Source: a virus | DNA length: 64,000 bases | Direction: 5' to 3' (one strand) | IMG/VR virus record: IMGVR_UViG_3300042518_001429 | Location: 27,892-91,891 of that record | Shown here: one piece after another, positions 48,940 through 58,765 of the stretch | How the letters are laid out: each line of letters opens with the position of its first letter | Numbering within the stretch: position 1 is the first letter of the stretch | Made by a program: the position numbers and the translations under genes | The notes under the pieces: generated by a model | What the model saw: only the letters and a program-made list of their open reading frames with translations | Told to the model about the DNA's origin: nothing | Databases searched by the model: none

Positions 48940-50829
48940 TTATTTTAACTGGCTTTTAAGTTCCTGTACTTCTTGAGATAATTCCTTTATTGCTTCTATC
49001 AACAAGGGAACTAATCTCTCATATTTAACAGCTAAAATACCATCTTCGCGTCGGGCAACAACTTCCGGAAGGATTTTTTGTACTTCTTGAGCTATCACAC
49101 CTACGTCATGTTTACGGACAAAATATGAATCTTCACCACCTCGAGATTGAATATATTCATCTGTCCAATCATATTCAACTCCAGTAATCTGTTTAAGTTT
49201 GCTTAATGCAGATTTAATTGGGGTTACATTTTCTTTAAGGTTAATATCTGAAGAATAAAAAGCAGTTACATCATTACTAGCTCTTATTTCACCGGTGGTA
49301 CCGGATGCTGGAGTCCCAACACCTAAAGAGCCAAATTGTACGGAATTACCAGTACTAAGTTCTAAACTAGTTCGAGCAGTTGCTGCATCTGTTGCCCCTG
49401 TACCGCCGTTAGCTAGTGCTAGTACGGTACCACTCCAATTACTATTATTGATTGTAGAAAGTGTAGCTAGAGTGCCAAGCCCTAAATTAGTTCGGGCAGC
49501 AGAGACAGTTGTTGCCCCTGTACCACCGTTAGCTATAGCAGCAGTACCGAGAAGGTTAGTCGCGTTGGTAGCATTTGTTGCATTAGTCGCGTTGGTAGCA
49601 TTAGTCGCGTTGGTAGCATTAGTCGCGTTGGTAGCATTTGTTGCATTACCAACGGTAATACTACTCGGGCTTACCCAAGAGGGAATTGAGCCGGTACCGT
49701 TAGTTTGTAAGAGTTGCCCTAAGGTTCCTGCAGCTAAGTACGCTGTTGAATTAGCGGCGCTTTGATAAACTATTGATTGGGCAGTGCCACCGGTTAAATT
49801 TGCAGTATTTGTTGAAGTGCCAAAAATACTACCTGACGCACTGATGTTTCCTGCTACAGTCAATCTCTGATTTGGAACCTGGGTACCTATACCAATATTA
49901 CCTGGTTGGGTTAACCAAATTTGGGAATTATTTACTGCAATATTATCATTAACATCAAATGTTAAACCGAGAGCTGTAGTAGTGGCATCCTGCGGAGATG
50001 CGGCTTGTCTTCTAGCTTTAATACCAAGGCTCACACTTTCACCAAAACCTGGTGTAGTAAAACCAAAACTTGCAAGAGAGGAAATAGTGCCCGTTGTTGT
50101 AGCAAGATCTCCGACATTAGTGGTTAGTAATTTACTAGCAGCTGTACCACCAAAACTTGTATTAATTGTTAGTCTCGCGTTCGGGCTTTCGTTGTTTATA
50201 CCTACTAAGCCTGTACTCGACCAATATGGTCGACCGGTGCTGAGCTTTACAGGTGTTATAGCTCCAGTACGTATATTTTCAGTACGTACAGCTTCAGAAC
50301 CAGCATATGCAGGATTTATATCGGTGCCCTTTAAACGTAAACGAGAACCACTACTGTCTACAATTATATCAGTGTAATCTCCGTCTACGAGCGCACCACC
50401 GCCCCCTGTGGATACAGTCTGATTTACCCATTTTGTTCCGTTCCAAACTAAAGCTTGATTGATTTGTAAAGTAGTAATAGTTACGTCTTGTAATGCACTT
50501 AAACTTGCAGATGTTAATAAAGCTTTACCGGTTTGTAAAATGTTGCCTCCAAGTTTAAAAGTGTCAATAGAGTTATTAACTATCTCTGCAGAAAGTATGT
50601 TATTACGACTATTGAAGTTAAGATTAATAGTTGGGGTACTTCTAGCAGATAAGCCTACAGCGTAAGATGAGACGGCTAAAACTAGACTTGATACTGTTTC
50701 AATACGAGAGTCGAAATTAGTGCTGTTTTGATTTATATAAAATAAAGAATCCCCCATACACCAATCTCTGTGTATGCGATAGGGTGCTGGACCGCTAGGG
50801 GGAAAACTGGTATCCGTGTTTAAAGCCAT
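48940..50829 (-). CDS. Tail fibre protein with C-terminal intramolecular chaperone (peptidase S74)
   Basis: [40 protein letters not shown]; NGGTGAT repeats. Confidence 0.9.
   Translation of the reverse strand: MALNTDTSFPPSGPAPYRIHRDWCMGDSLFYINQNSTNFDSRIETVSSLVLAVSSYAVGLSARSTPTINLNFNSRNNILSAEIVNNSIDTFKLGGNILQTGKALLTSASLSALQDVTITTLQINQALVWNGTKWVNQTVSTGGGGALVDGDYTDIIVDSSGSRLRLKGTDINPAYAGSEAVRTENIRTGAITPVKLSTGRPYWSSTGLVGINNESPNARLTINTSFGGTAASKLLTTNVGDLATTTGTISSLASFGFTTPGFGESVSLGIKARRQAASPQDATTTALGLTFDVNDNIAVNNSQIWLTQPGNIGIGTQVPNQRLTVAGNISASGSIFGTSTNTANLTGGTAQSIVYQSAANSTAYLAAGTLGQLLQTNGTGSIPSWVSPSSITVGNATNATNATNATNATNATNATNATNATNATNLLGTAAIANGGTGATTVSAARTNLGLGTLATLSTINNSNWSGTVLALANGGTGATDAATARTSLELSTGNSVQFGSLGVGTPASGTTGEIRASNDVTAFYSSDINLKENVTPIKSALSKLKQITGVEYDWTDEYIQSRGGEDSYFVRKHDVGVIAQEVQKILPEVVARREDGILAVKYERLVPLLIEAIKELSQEVQELKSQLK
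49557..49647 (-). repeat. 9/18-bp tandem repeat encoding (NAT) about 10 times
   Basis: GCATTAGTCGCGTTGGTA repeated. Confidence 0.92.
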
Positions 50830-50834
50830 ATAGA

Positions 50835-51335
50835 TTATTTATTGCTATTTTCTTCTACAATAGTAGATTCTATTACTTCTATAGTTTCTTCTTGAACATT
50901 ATTTAAAAGCTGTTTAAAAATCTCTTCTCTAGAAGCTACTAAATTAACAGTATTATTAGTAACATTTCCAGGTAATGAACCGGCTATAGCTTTCTTACCT
51001 TCAATATCAATAGCTTTAAGCTCTTTATCAGTTTTAGCTTTTTTATTCTGTAAATTAATTTTATTAAGAGCCTCAATGGCTTTTGTTGTAGAAGAAATAA
51101 GTTCAGAAAGAGCGGCTATCTCGTCAGGGTTCTGTCCTTGTACAATAAAGTCTTTTAAATCACTAACTGCACCTAGACCGGCGTCAATTAAGGTACCGGT
51201 CTTTTGTAAAATGTATTCATTAATATTATCTTCAGTAATATGAGTCGGGGTACCTCTAGGAACAGACTTAGCTGTTGTAGGTTGAGGAAACGAAAAAGAA
51301 GACAGTTCGTCTAAAAGAGTATCTAAATCTGACAT
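50835..51335 (-). CDS. Terminase small subunit, gp16-like
   Basis: Helical core LI..G..A...L......P..I.ALSELI, then VTNN.VN.V.S..E..K.L, as in the C-terminus of T4-like gp16. Confidence 0.65.
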   Translation of the reverse strand: MSDLDTLLDELSSFSFPQPTTAKSVPRGTPTHITEDNINEYILQKTGTLIDAGLGAVSDLKDFIVQGQNPDEIAALSELISSTTKAIEALNKINLQNKKAKTDKELKAIDIEGKKAIAGSLPGNVTNNTVNLVASREEIFKQLLNNVQEETIEVIESTIVEENSNK

Positions 51336-51355
51336 CAAATTAATTAAGCTGCTAG

Positions 51356-51383
51356 TTGCTTTTTATAAACTTCATAGTATTAT
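51356..51383 (+). promoter_or_regulatory. Sigma70-like promoter; -10 box 6 nt before ATG
   Basis: TTGCTT-N16-TATTAT-ATCAAA-ATG(51390). Confidence 0.65.
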
Positions 51384-51389
51384 ATCAAA

Positions 51390-51554
51390 ATGGAAACTAT
51401 TGTTAACACAATTAATGGAACTTATATTGTTCCTGCTGACAAACAAGATCAATTAATTCAGTGGCTAGAAATTAATGCCGTTAGACCTGGTCAAAGACCA
51501 ATTGGAGAAATCAAAGAGGGTCAGTATACTGGACGTCAATTAATCAATGAATAA
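51390..51554 (+). CDS. Small hypothetical protein (54 aa)
   Basis: Read by hand: METIVNTINGTYIVPADKQDQLIQWLEINAVRPGQRPIGEIKEGQYTGRQLINE; follows the promoter; not in the ORF track. Confidence 0.65.
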   Translation: METIVNTINGTYIVPADKQDQLIQWLEINAVRPGQRPIGEIKEGQYTGRQLINE

Positions 51555-52029
51555 TACATTTTCATATACAATGCTAAGTTATAATACAAATTCAGGAGTA
51601 AGGTTTCTTAAAACTCATCCTGATGCAGTTCTACCTGAACGCAACCATAAAGACTCTTTTACAGGAGATTCTGGCTATGATGTAACAGCCGTTGAAGATA
51701 CGATAATTCCTGCGCGAGGGGCTGCTACTGTACCGGTTGGTCTTAAATTAGCTTATTTACCACAAGGTGTTTGGATTAGAGTGGAGTCTCGTTCTGGTTT
51801 ACAATTTAAATACGGTCTTCAAGCCTTCAACGGAATTATTGACAACCAATATAGAGGGGATTTAGGTATTCGTATTCTTAATCATTCTGATAACGATTAC
51901 ACAGTTAAGAAAGGTGACAGAGTTGCACAATTTGTTCTCTATCCTCTTGTTACTTTAGATTCGTTCTGGTCTGAAACCGTACATGAAACTGAACGAGGTG
52001 AAAAAGGGTTTGGCAGTTCCGGTCATTGA
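51547..52029 (+). CDS. dut: dUTPase (trimeric family)
   Basis: SGYD, SRSG, GIID..YRG, GDRVAQ, RGEKGFGSSG. Confidence 0.97.
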   Translation: MNNTFSYTMLSYNTNSGVRFLKTHPDAVLPERNHKDSFTGDSGYDVTAVEDTIIPARGAATVPVGLKLAYLPQGVWIRVESRSGLQFKYGLQAFNGIIDNQYRGDLGIRILNHSDNDYTVKKGDRVAQFVLYPLVTLDSFWSETVHETERGEKGFGSSGH

Positions 52030-52038
52030 TAGTATAAT
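52010..52038 (+). promoter_or_regulatory. Near-consensus sigma70 promoter; -10 box 6 nt before the clamp-loader ATG
   Basis: TTGGCA-N17-TATAAT-CAATAC-ATG(52045). Confidence 0.7.
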
Positions 52039-52044
52039 CAATAC

Positions 52045-52950
52045 ATGTTTAATAATCTATACGTAGAGCGTTATAGGCCTAAAAAGCTCGAAGATATTGT
52101 TCTTACTAACGAAGAGCGTCAGTACTTTGAGTCTTTAAAGTCAAAAGAAGAAATTCCTAATCTTCTGTTTGCAGGTAATCCGGGTACTGGTAAGACTACA
52201 CTCTCTAAAATTATCGCAACTGATATCTTAGACTGTCAGTATCTTTATATTAATGCCTCTGATGAAAACGGTATTGATACTATTCGTTCTAAAGTTATCG
52301 GGTTTGCTTCTACGAAATCCTTAGATGGTAAGTTAAAGATAGTACTCTTTGATGAATGTGATGCTCTTACTTTAGATTCACAGAAAGCTCTTCGTAATGT
52401 TATTGAAGAGTATTCACATAATACGAGATTTATCTTTACTTGTAACTATCTGTTCAAGGTCATTCCTGCTCTGCAATCTCGCTGTCAGATCTTTAATCTA
52501 ACACCTCCTCTTGATGGAGTATTGAACAGAGTAGTAGCTATACTTAAACATGAGGGAATCACCGTTCCTGACACCGAGAAACCTAAGCTAGTAGAGCTTG
52601 TTCGCTCTGGTTATCCCGATTTACGGCGTATTATTAACGATATTCAGAAGTTCTCTTATACGGGAACTTTAACGATCAAGGATAACCAAGTTAAAGGGGT
52701 TGCTAATAAAGTAGTAGACAAGATTAGAGGTAAGGTTACACCTCATGAACTTCGTAAGTATGTTATTGAAAGGGAGCAGGAATTTTCTGGAGACTATCTT
52801 CAGCTTCTTAAAGAGATGTTTGAGGTAATGTTTGAGTCAGATACTAATGCTAATAACCTTCTTATAATCTCAGAAGGCATGTACAAGGATGCCATTGTAA
52901 TTGATAAAGAGATTAACTGGTTTAGTACCTGTTTAAAGCTTTATAATTAA
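52045..52950 (+). CDS. gp44: Clamp loader ATPase subunit (gp44/RFC-small-like)
   Basis: VERYRP, GNPGTGKTT, INASDE.GID.IR, DECD, SRC. Confidence 0.95.
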   Translation: MFNNLYVERYRPKKLEDIVLTNEERQYFESLKSKEEIPNLLFAGNPGTGKTTLSKIIATDILDCQYLYINASDENGIDTIRSKVIGFASTKSLDGKLKIVLFDECDALTLDSQKALRNVIEEYSHNTRFIFTCNYLFKVIPALQSRCQIFNLTPPLDGVLNRVVAILKHEGITVPDTEKPKLVELVRSGYPDLRRIINDIQKFSYTGTLTIKDNQVKGVANKVVDKIRGKVTPHELRKYVIEREQEFSGDYLQLLKEMFEVMFESDTNANNLLIISEGMYKDAIVIDKEINWFSTCLKLYN

Positions 52951-53210
52951 CGGCCACAACACTTCTTTGTGTAACCGTGAACAGGTCTAGGTGTTGAATA
53001 CGTTGTTGTATTAGTAATAGACTTAGGAGGATTAGGGTCAGTAACTGGAGGGGCTTCTGTTATAACATATGTACGTGCATCAGATATTGCCTGTTCTTGA
53101 GAATTATAGGCTTTAGTTGTATAAACGAGTTGGTTAGTACTTGATAAAAATACTTTACCAACATATTGATTATTTTCAAGATTAAACGACGTATAGTATT
53201 TTGTATTCAT
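52947..53210 (-). CDS. Small hypothetical protein
   Basis: 87 aa, ends KKCCGR; last gene of the baseplate operon. Confidence 0.6.
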   Translation of the reverse strand: MNTKYYTSFNLENNQYVGKVFLSSTNQLVYTTKAYNSQEQAISDARTYVITEAPPVTDPNPPKSITNTTTYSTPRPVHGYTKKCCGR

Positions 53211-53215
53211 ATATT

Positions 53216-54961
53216 TTATAGAGTGCCGTAAAGGTTAACAGAAGAAGCTGCAAATCTATGCATTTTAATAGCTGTTATATCATTGTAGTATATTTCAGAT
53301 TCAAAAATATGTTTAATATCAATAATAAACCATTGTCCATAAAATTTATCTTCAAACTCTCCAGATTCAACTCCGTCAATTTTATCAATAGCTATAAATC
53401 TACCTGACTCTCTAAAAGGTAAACCAAGAGTACGAAAATTTATGCACGCGTTTTGAAAAACTCCAATTTTTAATAATTTTTGTAAACCAATACTTTGTCT
53501 AATATCGGGGTTATCACCATCATTAGAAAAGGTAGGTTTAAAATTTAAATCTTTCTTTTCTTCTTCTAAATTTATTAAAAATATCTCATCACCGGAGCCA
53601 CTTTTGTATAACTGCTTGATATACCTATCAGACATAAATTTTCGGGCTGTTGTAACACTATTATTATCATACTCAATATTTAAAACTCTATTTTTATAGT
53701 CAAAAGAATAAACAGGTCTGTTACAAAAATCTTGAGCATTAGTAGCAGCTGCTATATCAACGAAACGGTAGTTCTGTATATAACTATATCCCGGACTTGT
53801 AATATCAATATTATTACTTGAATTATCGCCTTTTGGTGCTCTATAGGCCTTGTTAGCACTATCGGCGCCGTAGCCCTGTACAAAGAAGTGCTCAATTTGA
53901 TATTGGCCCGGGCCTGTTTGTGTGTTCCCAGCTTTTTCAAAAATTTTTGAAATTGGTTTTAATGATAGTTGACCTATATCTGTTTCATTTGGTCCTTTTT
54001 CTTTTTTTAAAAGACAGAAATCGAAAACTTTATTAGAAAAAGGGCGTCCACCTCTAGGTGGTTGCGGGCCTGCAGGAGATGATGGAATAAATTCACTACT
54101 GACATGCTTACTATACATATACATCAAACTATCATACGCAGTAGCAAATGCAGGTGCCGTATAAAAGATATTTGCGGCACCAATATCGAAGTCAGGACCA
54201 ATGTTGACAGTAGGGGGGTAATTAAACCCAAAACCACTACCGATAGACGGGTCCATATAGCCACCTAAAGAGCCTTGTTTACCGCTCTCACTTAAGCCTA
54301 GATCGATTATTTCTTTAATTGCTTCTCCGGTTTTTAGCACACCTTGCGTACCGTTATCAAGAGTTGGGTCGACAGTACTTTTTGTAGATAGCCCTGTAGA
54401 GTATTGAACCACTCTTGTATTCAGTCTTTGATACCAACAATCCCAAAAATATAACTTTAATGCTTTAATTGTACTACCGGCGGCATTTCGCGAACCTTGT
54501 GGTAAATCAATTTCTTCTCTATCATAAATTGAAAACAAAAAAGATAATGTCCAAAACTTTCTATCACTTTGAGATGAATAACTTTTATTGTTGGAAGGAT
54601 TTGTTTTGGGTATCATCCGTATACGCAATAAATCAAGTCCGTCGTTTCTAAAAACGTAATTCCCTCGAGGGGTTAATATAGATTGTCCGTAATCACTACT
54701 TTGATTTGCAGGGGCACTTTCTGGTGAGTGCATTACAGTAATTGTTCCTTGAGCGGCCCAGTTTGCCAGGGTGTCATTAATAGTTAAATTAACAATAGAG
54801 TTAGGGTTTAAAGGTACTCGTTGATTTATACTGTTTCCTCCGCTATTATCTAACCATATTTCTACCTCGTATTCAACTTGATTAAATTTTGTATCAACAA
54901 TAAAATCAGTATCTAAAGTGGTTGTTGTTCCAGCTATACTATCAAGTGATACGGCAGACAT
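53216..54961 (-). CDS. Baseplate hub protein, gp27-like
   Basis: C-terminal G.PFR..G..I.I...KF.GQW.I..I.H.F hub signature; follows gp53. Confidence 0.6.
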   Translation of the reverse strand: MSAVSLDSIAGTTTTLDTDFIVDTKFNQVEYEVEIWLDNSGGNSINQRVPLNPNSIVNLTINDTLANWAAQGTITVMHSPESAPANQSSDYGQSILTPRGNYVFRNDGLDLLRIRMIPKTNPSNNKSYSSQSDRKFWTLSFLFSIYDREEIDLPQGSRNAAGSTIKALKLYFWDCWYQRLNTRVVQYSTGLSTKSTVDPTLDNGTQGVLKTGEAIKEIIDLGLSESGKQGSLGGYMDPSIGSGFGFNYPPTVNIGPDFDIGAANIFYTAPAFATAYDSLMYMYSKHVSSEFIPSSPAGPQPPRGGRPFSNKVFDFCLLKKEKGPNETDIGQLSLKPISKIFEKAGNTQTGPGQYQIEHFFVQGYGADSANKAYRAPKGDNSSNNIDITSPGYSYIQNYRFVDIAAATNAQDFCNRPVYSFDYKNRVLNIEYDNNSVTTARKFMSDRYIKQLYKSGSGDEIFLINLEEEKKDLNFKPTFSNDGDNPDIRQSIGLQKLLKIGVFQNACINFRTLGLPFRESGRFIAIDKIDGVESGEFEDKFYGQWFIIDIKHIFESEIYYNDITAIKMHRFAASSVNLYGTL

Positions 54962-54970
54962 ATAAAAGAA

Positions 54971-55321
54971 TTAATTTTGTGTTAGTAGTTCAGCAAGTAT
55001 TATTTTGACAACTTGTATTTTTGGTATTTTAATAAGGGTACCAGGTATAACTGAAGTTATAGGGTTACTGATATTATTAGCCAGTAGTATTACCCACCAT
55101 ACATTAGGGGTATTATAAACTTTGTAAGATATAAAAGGCCAGGTATCACCATACGCTATACTATATGTATCGAAATAACCGGCCGGTAAATTTTGAGGAA
55201 AAGCAACTGTTTGAAGTAAATTATAGAAATAACGTTCGTCCTTATCAGTGAAAATATTGAAAATATTTTCATAATTTTCATTGGTAAGTTTTGGTAAATC
55301 AGAAAAACTGTTTTGTTTCAT
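54971..55321 (-). CDS. gp53: Baseplate wedge protein, gp53-like (LysM-like)
   Basis: Y.I..GDTW..ISYKVY.....WWVILLANNI.NP.....G..IKIP. Confidence 0.85.
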   Translation of the reverse strand: MKQNSFSDLPKLTNENYENIFNIFTDKDERYFYNLLQTVAFPQNLPAGYFDTYSIAYGDTWPFISYKVYNTPNVWWVILLANNISNPITSVIPGTLIKIPKIQVVKIILAELLTQN

Positions 55322-55325
55322 TTTT

Positions 55326-56459
55326 TTACGGGGTTGTTTGATTATTAGGGAATAAATCGATACCGAGTATATCGGCTCCTAGCCCTAGTGTGCTGCCAAC
55401 AGAAGCGCCGAGTGGCCCGGCAATTGCACCACCGGCTGCAGCCCCTTGAGCTGCGTTACTATTTGCAATACTACTTGCAATGCTAGTTGTAGCTTCTCCA
55501 GTTTTTTCGAGGTATGTTTGTTGAGCATTTCTTATTTTAGAAGTAGAACGTACACTTTCATTGTTAATAGCCTGAAATAAATTTTTACTAGGTATTACTA
55601 AATCAGTAAGAGTGATATTAACTTCGTATACATCAGGCACGTTACAAGGTCCGGACGGGCCTTGTAGTTGTCTAATGTTGCCACGATTGTAAATTGTAAG
55701 ATTGGTAACACAGGCAGCTGGGGAATAATGTTGACCTGGTATTAATACTTCATAAAAAACAGGCGGTATACCGGTTATGAAGGTTAATTTATTGTAAAGA
55801 TTCTGATTAACTAATAGCTCACAGAGTTCTCTATTTTTAATCCACTCTTGTGTTTTTGAATCAGAGTTATATGTATTGTATAAAGGGAATTTTATAGTAT
55901 AAGAACGGAAATCATGAGACTCCCAAAGCTTAGGGCGGTCCATTATACCAACCTTTGGATAGTTTGCTGCTAAGACAGCCCCGGTGCCGGCCCCTAATAA
56001 ACTCATTGTTTTTTCTGCTAAACCTCCAATCGCAGGATGAATAATTGAGCCAATATCAGCAACAGCCTTTTTACCCGCTTCAAGGGTATCTAAAGATGCC
56101 CATTGCGGGGTATTAACTTCAAAATTGACATCTGTATAAAACGGAAAAAAATACCAAAAACCTGTGTCTTTATCTTTAGGGAATAACGAATCATAAGGAG
56201 AGAGTATATCCCCCCCTTGAATAGCACTGCCTATACCGTTTACATAAAAATCAACCTGTCTTGCAATAGTTGTTTCATCCACTTCATATTCGGTTAATAT
56301 TATAGAAGGTATTTCTTTGCGACTTTGAGGTGGGGTTAAAGTCCAGGTATAATCATTTATTACATCGACACCGCCACTCCCAGTAGGCCTATAAAGAGAT
56401 GCTGCATTAGGGTTATTTTTTGCAGATTCTGATTTACTTGTTCTGTCAAATAAAGCCAT
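55326..56459 (-). CDS. Baseplate tail-tube cap, gp48-like
   Basis: W...DFRSY...F.L, PP..YEV, C.TNL.I, P..Y...I...L; position next to gp53. Confidence 0.6.
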   Translation of the reverse strand: MALFDRTSKSESAKNNPNAASLYRPTGSGGVDVINDYTWTLTPPQSRKEIPSIILTEYEVDETTIARQVDFYVNGIGSAIQGGDILSPYDSLFPKDKDTGFWYFFPFYTDVNFEVNTPQWASLDTLEAGKKAVADIGSIIHPAIGGLAEKTMSLLGAGTGAVLAANYPKVGIMDRPKLWESHDFRSYTIKFPLYNTYNSDSKTQEWIKNRELCELLVNQNLYNKLTFITGIPPVFYEVLIPGQHYSPAACVTNLTIYNRGNIRQLQGPSGPCNVPDVYEVNITLTDLVIPSKNLFQAINNESVRSTSKIRNAQQTYLEKTGEATTSIASSIANSNAAQGAAAGGAIAGPLGASVGSTLGLGADILGIDLFPNNQTTP

Positions 56460-56475
56460 ATTAATACTTATACAA

Positions 56476-58743
56476 TTAAGTTGCTGCTAAAAATTGCTGC
56501 CTAACCCCTCTTATCGAATCAACATTACTTGCAGCTATTTGAGATGTGCTAGTGTATTCTTGCACTTGTCCGTTATTGTTTATTAAAACGCTGTTACCGT
56601 TTGACATAGTTTTTGAATCAAACACTTTAGCTAGTTTAAATACAGCATCTCCCAGAGTTGTTAAAGATTTATTAGTCTTTTCAGTGTTACTAGCTATATC
56701 AGATAAAACTTTTTTATCTACATTGTTATTTGTAATTGAATTTTCAGTTATTGATTGAGGTACAGGGGATGTTATTTTTGTTGTTTCAGGTGTAAGGGTT
56801 GTAGATTCTATACTTTTTGTAGTATCAGGGGTTAGAGCTGTTATTAGTTCCGGAGTTTTTGTTGTTACAGGAATTAAAGGCTTTTCAGTTGATATAGGGG
56901 TTGCATTGAGAGGTGTTATAATATTTGGGTCATTTTGTTCTACAATTGTACTCGGCTGTTTATCACTTATGGTTTTCTGATTAGATTGTTCAATTGTCGG
57001 TTTACCTTGAAAACCTTTACCGTAAACAAACTTATGAACAATAGAGGACTTATCAGGCATTACAACAACTACAGATTGTTTTTGATTATCCCAGTACATG
57101 CGGCGCTTTTCTTTACCTGAGCTAACTGCAGTTCCAAAATCTTTTAAATCTTTATAACCAAATTGCATTGCTTTAATATCTAAAGGTATAATTCCCATCT
57201 CTCTTTTTTTGCTTTCATCTTCTTTATTAATTTTGGTTAAAATATCTTGTTTAGCTTTTTCATTTACTGCGTGACCACCTTCAATCATTCTTTCCCGGAG
57301 AGATTCCCCCATTGTTTGATCTTCTTTTTTAGCCCCTATTAAATTTAGGAATTCTTTTGAAATACCTTCACCGAATATGTCAGCACCAAACATTTTATCT
57401 ATTCCCCAGGTTGTAGGGTCAAATGATGTGACTACATCCGCTGCTGAACCGGCGAGAGCACCAGTACCTACACTCAGTTTTTGTTGCCACCCTAGACCTT
57501 CATTTTCTTTTTTTGATAATTCGTTAATAGTTGTTCCAACACTTTGAATACCTTCAACTGCTGTAACAATAGGTAAAAATAATTTTCCTAAGAGTCCTCC
57601 TGCTTTATTTAGCATTCCTTTACCTGTCTGTGCGATTGGTTTAGCTGGTACTGCAGTAGCTGGTTTTGGTGTAGAAGGAATGAGTGGTGCTCCTGGTGGT
57701 AGAGGTGCCGGTTTTGGTGTAGAAGGGATAGGTGGTACCCCTGGCGGTAGAGGTGCTGGTTTTGGTCCTGAAGGAATAGATGGTGTTGCTGGAGACGGGG
57801 TGCTAGGTATAACTTGAGCTGCGGTACCGGCTGCCGCGGCACCTAGACCTAACCAACCTAGTAATCTTCCTAAACCACCAAATCTCCCTGGTAAGCGAGG
57901 GCCTTTTGGTTTAACTGCACCCCCTGGCTTAGTAGGCTTAGCTCCCGGTTTAGTGGGTCTGGCACCTGGTTTGGCTGGCTTGCCTTTTGGTTTAGTTTTT
58001 TTACCTTTACCGCCGCCATCTAAAAGCATTCTTGCCATTTTATAATCTAGCCACGCGTCAAGTAAGCTGCTACCATCTTCACTACCCGGCATGCCTGATT
58101 CATCTATAGCTGCAGAAACCCCTGTTCGGCCACCACTCATTGATGCCATTTGCTGTTTAAAAAAATCCTGCAGTACAAATTCAAATAGACCTTTAAGATC
58201 TTTTTTACCTTGTTCATTTACACCCCCTAAAACAACAGTGAATGTTCTAAAAATATTTTGTTTTTGTGCTTGTTGACCTTCAGTATCAGTTAGTGGTAGC
58301 TCTTGATTAGTTTCTTTAGCATTAGTCGGTAGTAGGGGTTTTGATAAGTCTGTTTTTTTCTTTTGCTCAGATTTTGCAAATTCAGGAGTAGTTGATCTTG
58401 GTAGAACTTCTGTTTTACGATTTTTTAAATAGTCAAAAAATACCCCTAATAAACCGCCTCTATTAAAAGAGTTTTGAAAATTCTCTAAACTTGCTATAAA
58501 GCCGGGTTTATTCTTACCAGTTTCACTTTTTTCTTTTACCTCTTGGTTTATTTTTGTAGAATCACCGGTGCCTGTTTTAACGGCTTGTAGTATACGAGGT
58601 AAACGGTTTATATCCCGAACCTGTCGTGCTATAGTTTGTACAAATTTTTGTACTGATTTGTTATCAAGATTATACTTCGATAACAAATCTATTATAATTG
58701 TATCTAAGTCGTTTTGTACTGGTTTTGGTAAACTACTAATCAC
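56476..58743 (-). CDS. Tape-measure/hub-like protein (gp29-like) with Pro/Lys-rich repeats
   Basis: 755 aa; Gly/Ala hydrophobic stretches, low complexity; lies between gp26-like and gp48-like genes. Confidence 0.55.
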   Translation of the reverse strand: MISSLPKPVQNDLDTIIIDLLSKYNLDNKSVQKFVQTIARQVRDINRLPRILQAVKTGTGDSTKINQEVKEKSETGKNKPGFIASLENFQNSFNRGGLLGVFFDYLKNRKTEVLPRSTTPEFAKSEQKKKTDLSKPLLPTNAKETNQELPLTDTEGQQAQKQNIFRTFTVVLGGVNEQGKKDLKGLFEFVLQDFFKQQMASMSGGRTGVSAAIDESGMPGSEDGSSLLDAWLDYKMARMLLDGGGKGKKTKPKGKPAKPGARPTKPGAKPTKPGGAVKPKGPRLPGRFGGLGRLLGWLGLGAAAAGTAAQVIPSTPSPATPSIPSGPKPAPLPPGVPPIPSTPKPAPLPPGAPLIPSTPKPATAVPAKPIAQTGKGMLNKAGGLLGKLFLPIVTAVEGIQSVGTTINELSKKENEGLGWQQKLSVGTGALAGSAADVVTSFDPTTWGIDKMFGADIFGEGISKEFLNLIGAKKEDQTMGESLRERMIEGGHAVNEKAKQDILTKINKEDESKKREMGIIPLDIKAMQFGYKDLKDFGTAVSSGKEKRRMYWDNQKQSVVVVMPDKSSIVHKFVYGKGFQGKPTIEQSNQKTISDKQPSTIVEQNDPNIITPLNATPISTEKPLIPVTTKTPELITALTPDTTKSIESTTLTPETTKITSPVPQSITENSITNNNVDKKVLSDIASNTEKTNKSLTTLGDAVFKLAKVFDSKTMSNGNSVLINNNGQVQEYTSTSQIAASNVDSIRGVRQQFLAAT
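57655..57785 (-). repeat. 48-bp (16-aa) Pro-rich coding repeat, about 2.5 copies
   Basis: IPSGPKPAPLPPGVPP / IPSTPKPAPLPPGAPL / IPSTPKPA. Confidence 0.85.
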
Positions 58744-58765
58744 ATAAATATTTAATTGCTAAACT

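Noticed and set aside
49557-49647. Tandem repeats here and at 7174-7272 as possible CRISPR arrays or origins
   Set aside because: They have no spacers, are in-frame multiples of 3, and encode common fibre-shaft repeats.
49295-50665. Plus-strand ORFs of 68-156 aa opposite the S74 fibre gene, and similar shadow ORFs at 978, 11010, 26593, 27127, 35253 and elsewhere
   Set aside because: They are antisense shadows of real genes caused by codon bias and repeats; they have no start signals or recognisable motifs.
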